A stretch of 64,000 bases of DNA, taken from Amoebidium appalachense (Eukaryota > Protista > Ichthyosporea). The notes under the pieces were generated by a model. It saw nothing but the letters and a program-made list of their open reading frames with translations. It did no database searches and had not been told where the DNA came from. A program made the position numbers and the translations under genes. Below, piece after piece: positions 63,363 through 64,000 of this stretch. Each line of letters begins with the position of its first letter. The stretch's first letter is position 1. Location of the stretch: the NCBI GenBank assembly GCA_963693365.1, contig CAVNZM010000006.1, forward strand, positions 3,534,001 to 3,598,000, in the 5' to 3' direction.

Positions 63363-64000
63363 GCGTGACTGGTCACATAAAATGTCGATACATGGTTCAC
63401 GAGATCTGATTGGCCCTATTCGCACCCATTGATCATCCTTCGGTATTCCATGCACTGGCTGACTGGTGCAGCTGTAGTCAGTATTACAGCGAACGGCAAA
63501 AACGAGTCATCGACAGTGAGTCTTGCTCTGTTTAACAATAGGTTAGAATGTCTGTTATTGAAGGGATACTGCCAGTTATTGCGGTGGCTAGCCTTGCTAG
63601 AGACCTCGTTTTACGTCACCAACGTTCGTCCCTGGCATTCCCCACATATCTGAACACATAATGAATATTAAAATTTGTCCTTATGCAGTACTCGTCGTGC
63701 CTGCATGTCACCAATTTTGTACATGTATGAACCTTTGGTTGTTTTTATTAATGCATATATCGGAGTCCAGCATTGTTTCAATGATTATTATGGCACATAT
63801 ATACAGTCTGAGCTTGTTATCATGCACCGTGTAGGGTTCCTCGTTTTCTGTCTTACCTGTGCAGCCCAAATTCATGTGCAAATTTTAACTGAGCATGTAC
63901 ACAAAATGACGTGTATGACACCGACCTTCTTTTTAACATTGAATGGTTCACGTGCATGCGCCGGCATGCGTACTGTAGTAAAAATGTGCCCGCCGCGGCT

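Overview
Eukaryotic genomic DNA with GT-AG introns and very frequent poly-G/poly-C, (CA)n and (GT)n tracts. The taxon cannot be fixed from the sequence; a unicellular opisthokont is only a guess. Most ORFs in the supplied track are low-complexity artefacts. Host genes rebuilt exon by exon: an 11-exon PPR-like gene (+, 1853-12522), a 4-exon class-V PLP aminotransferase (-, 14511-17880) with a split pseudogene copy, a 6-exon ABCG half-transporter (-, 33681-38134), and two inverted paralogs of a small secreted Cys-rich, Thr-tailed protein. Mobile DNA: a Ty1/copia element with a half-tRNA-iMet PBS (43123-52426) and its solo LTR, both inserted in G/C homopolymers; an intact APE-RT LINE; an hAT transposase remnant; and several MITEs. 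The main finding is a second LTR family nested twice in the copia. Its PBS (AGCTACACCCCC) has no TGG and is the exact complement of the first 12 nt of eukaryotic tRNA-Ala. One copy is LTR + this 12-nt PBS + a 70-bp inverted copy of the U3 end, flanked by a 5-bp TSD. That is the structure expected if (+) strong-stop DNA folded back on itself and was integrated. Together these suggest priming by a tRNA 5' fragment and a route from an LTR element to a TIR-bearing, MITE-like element.
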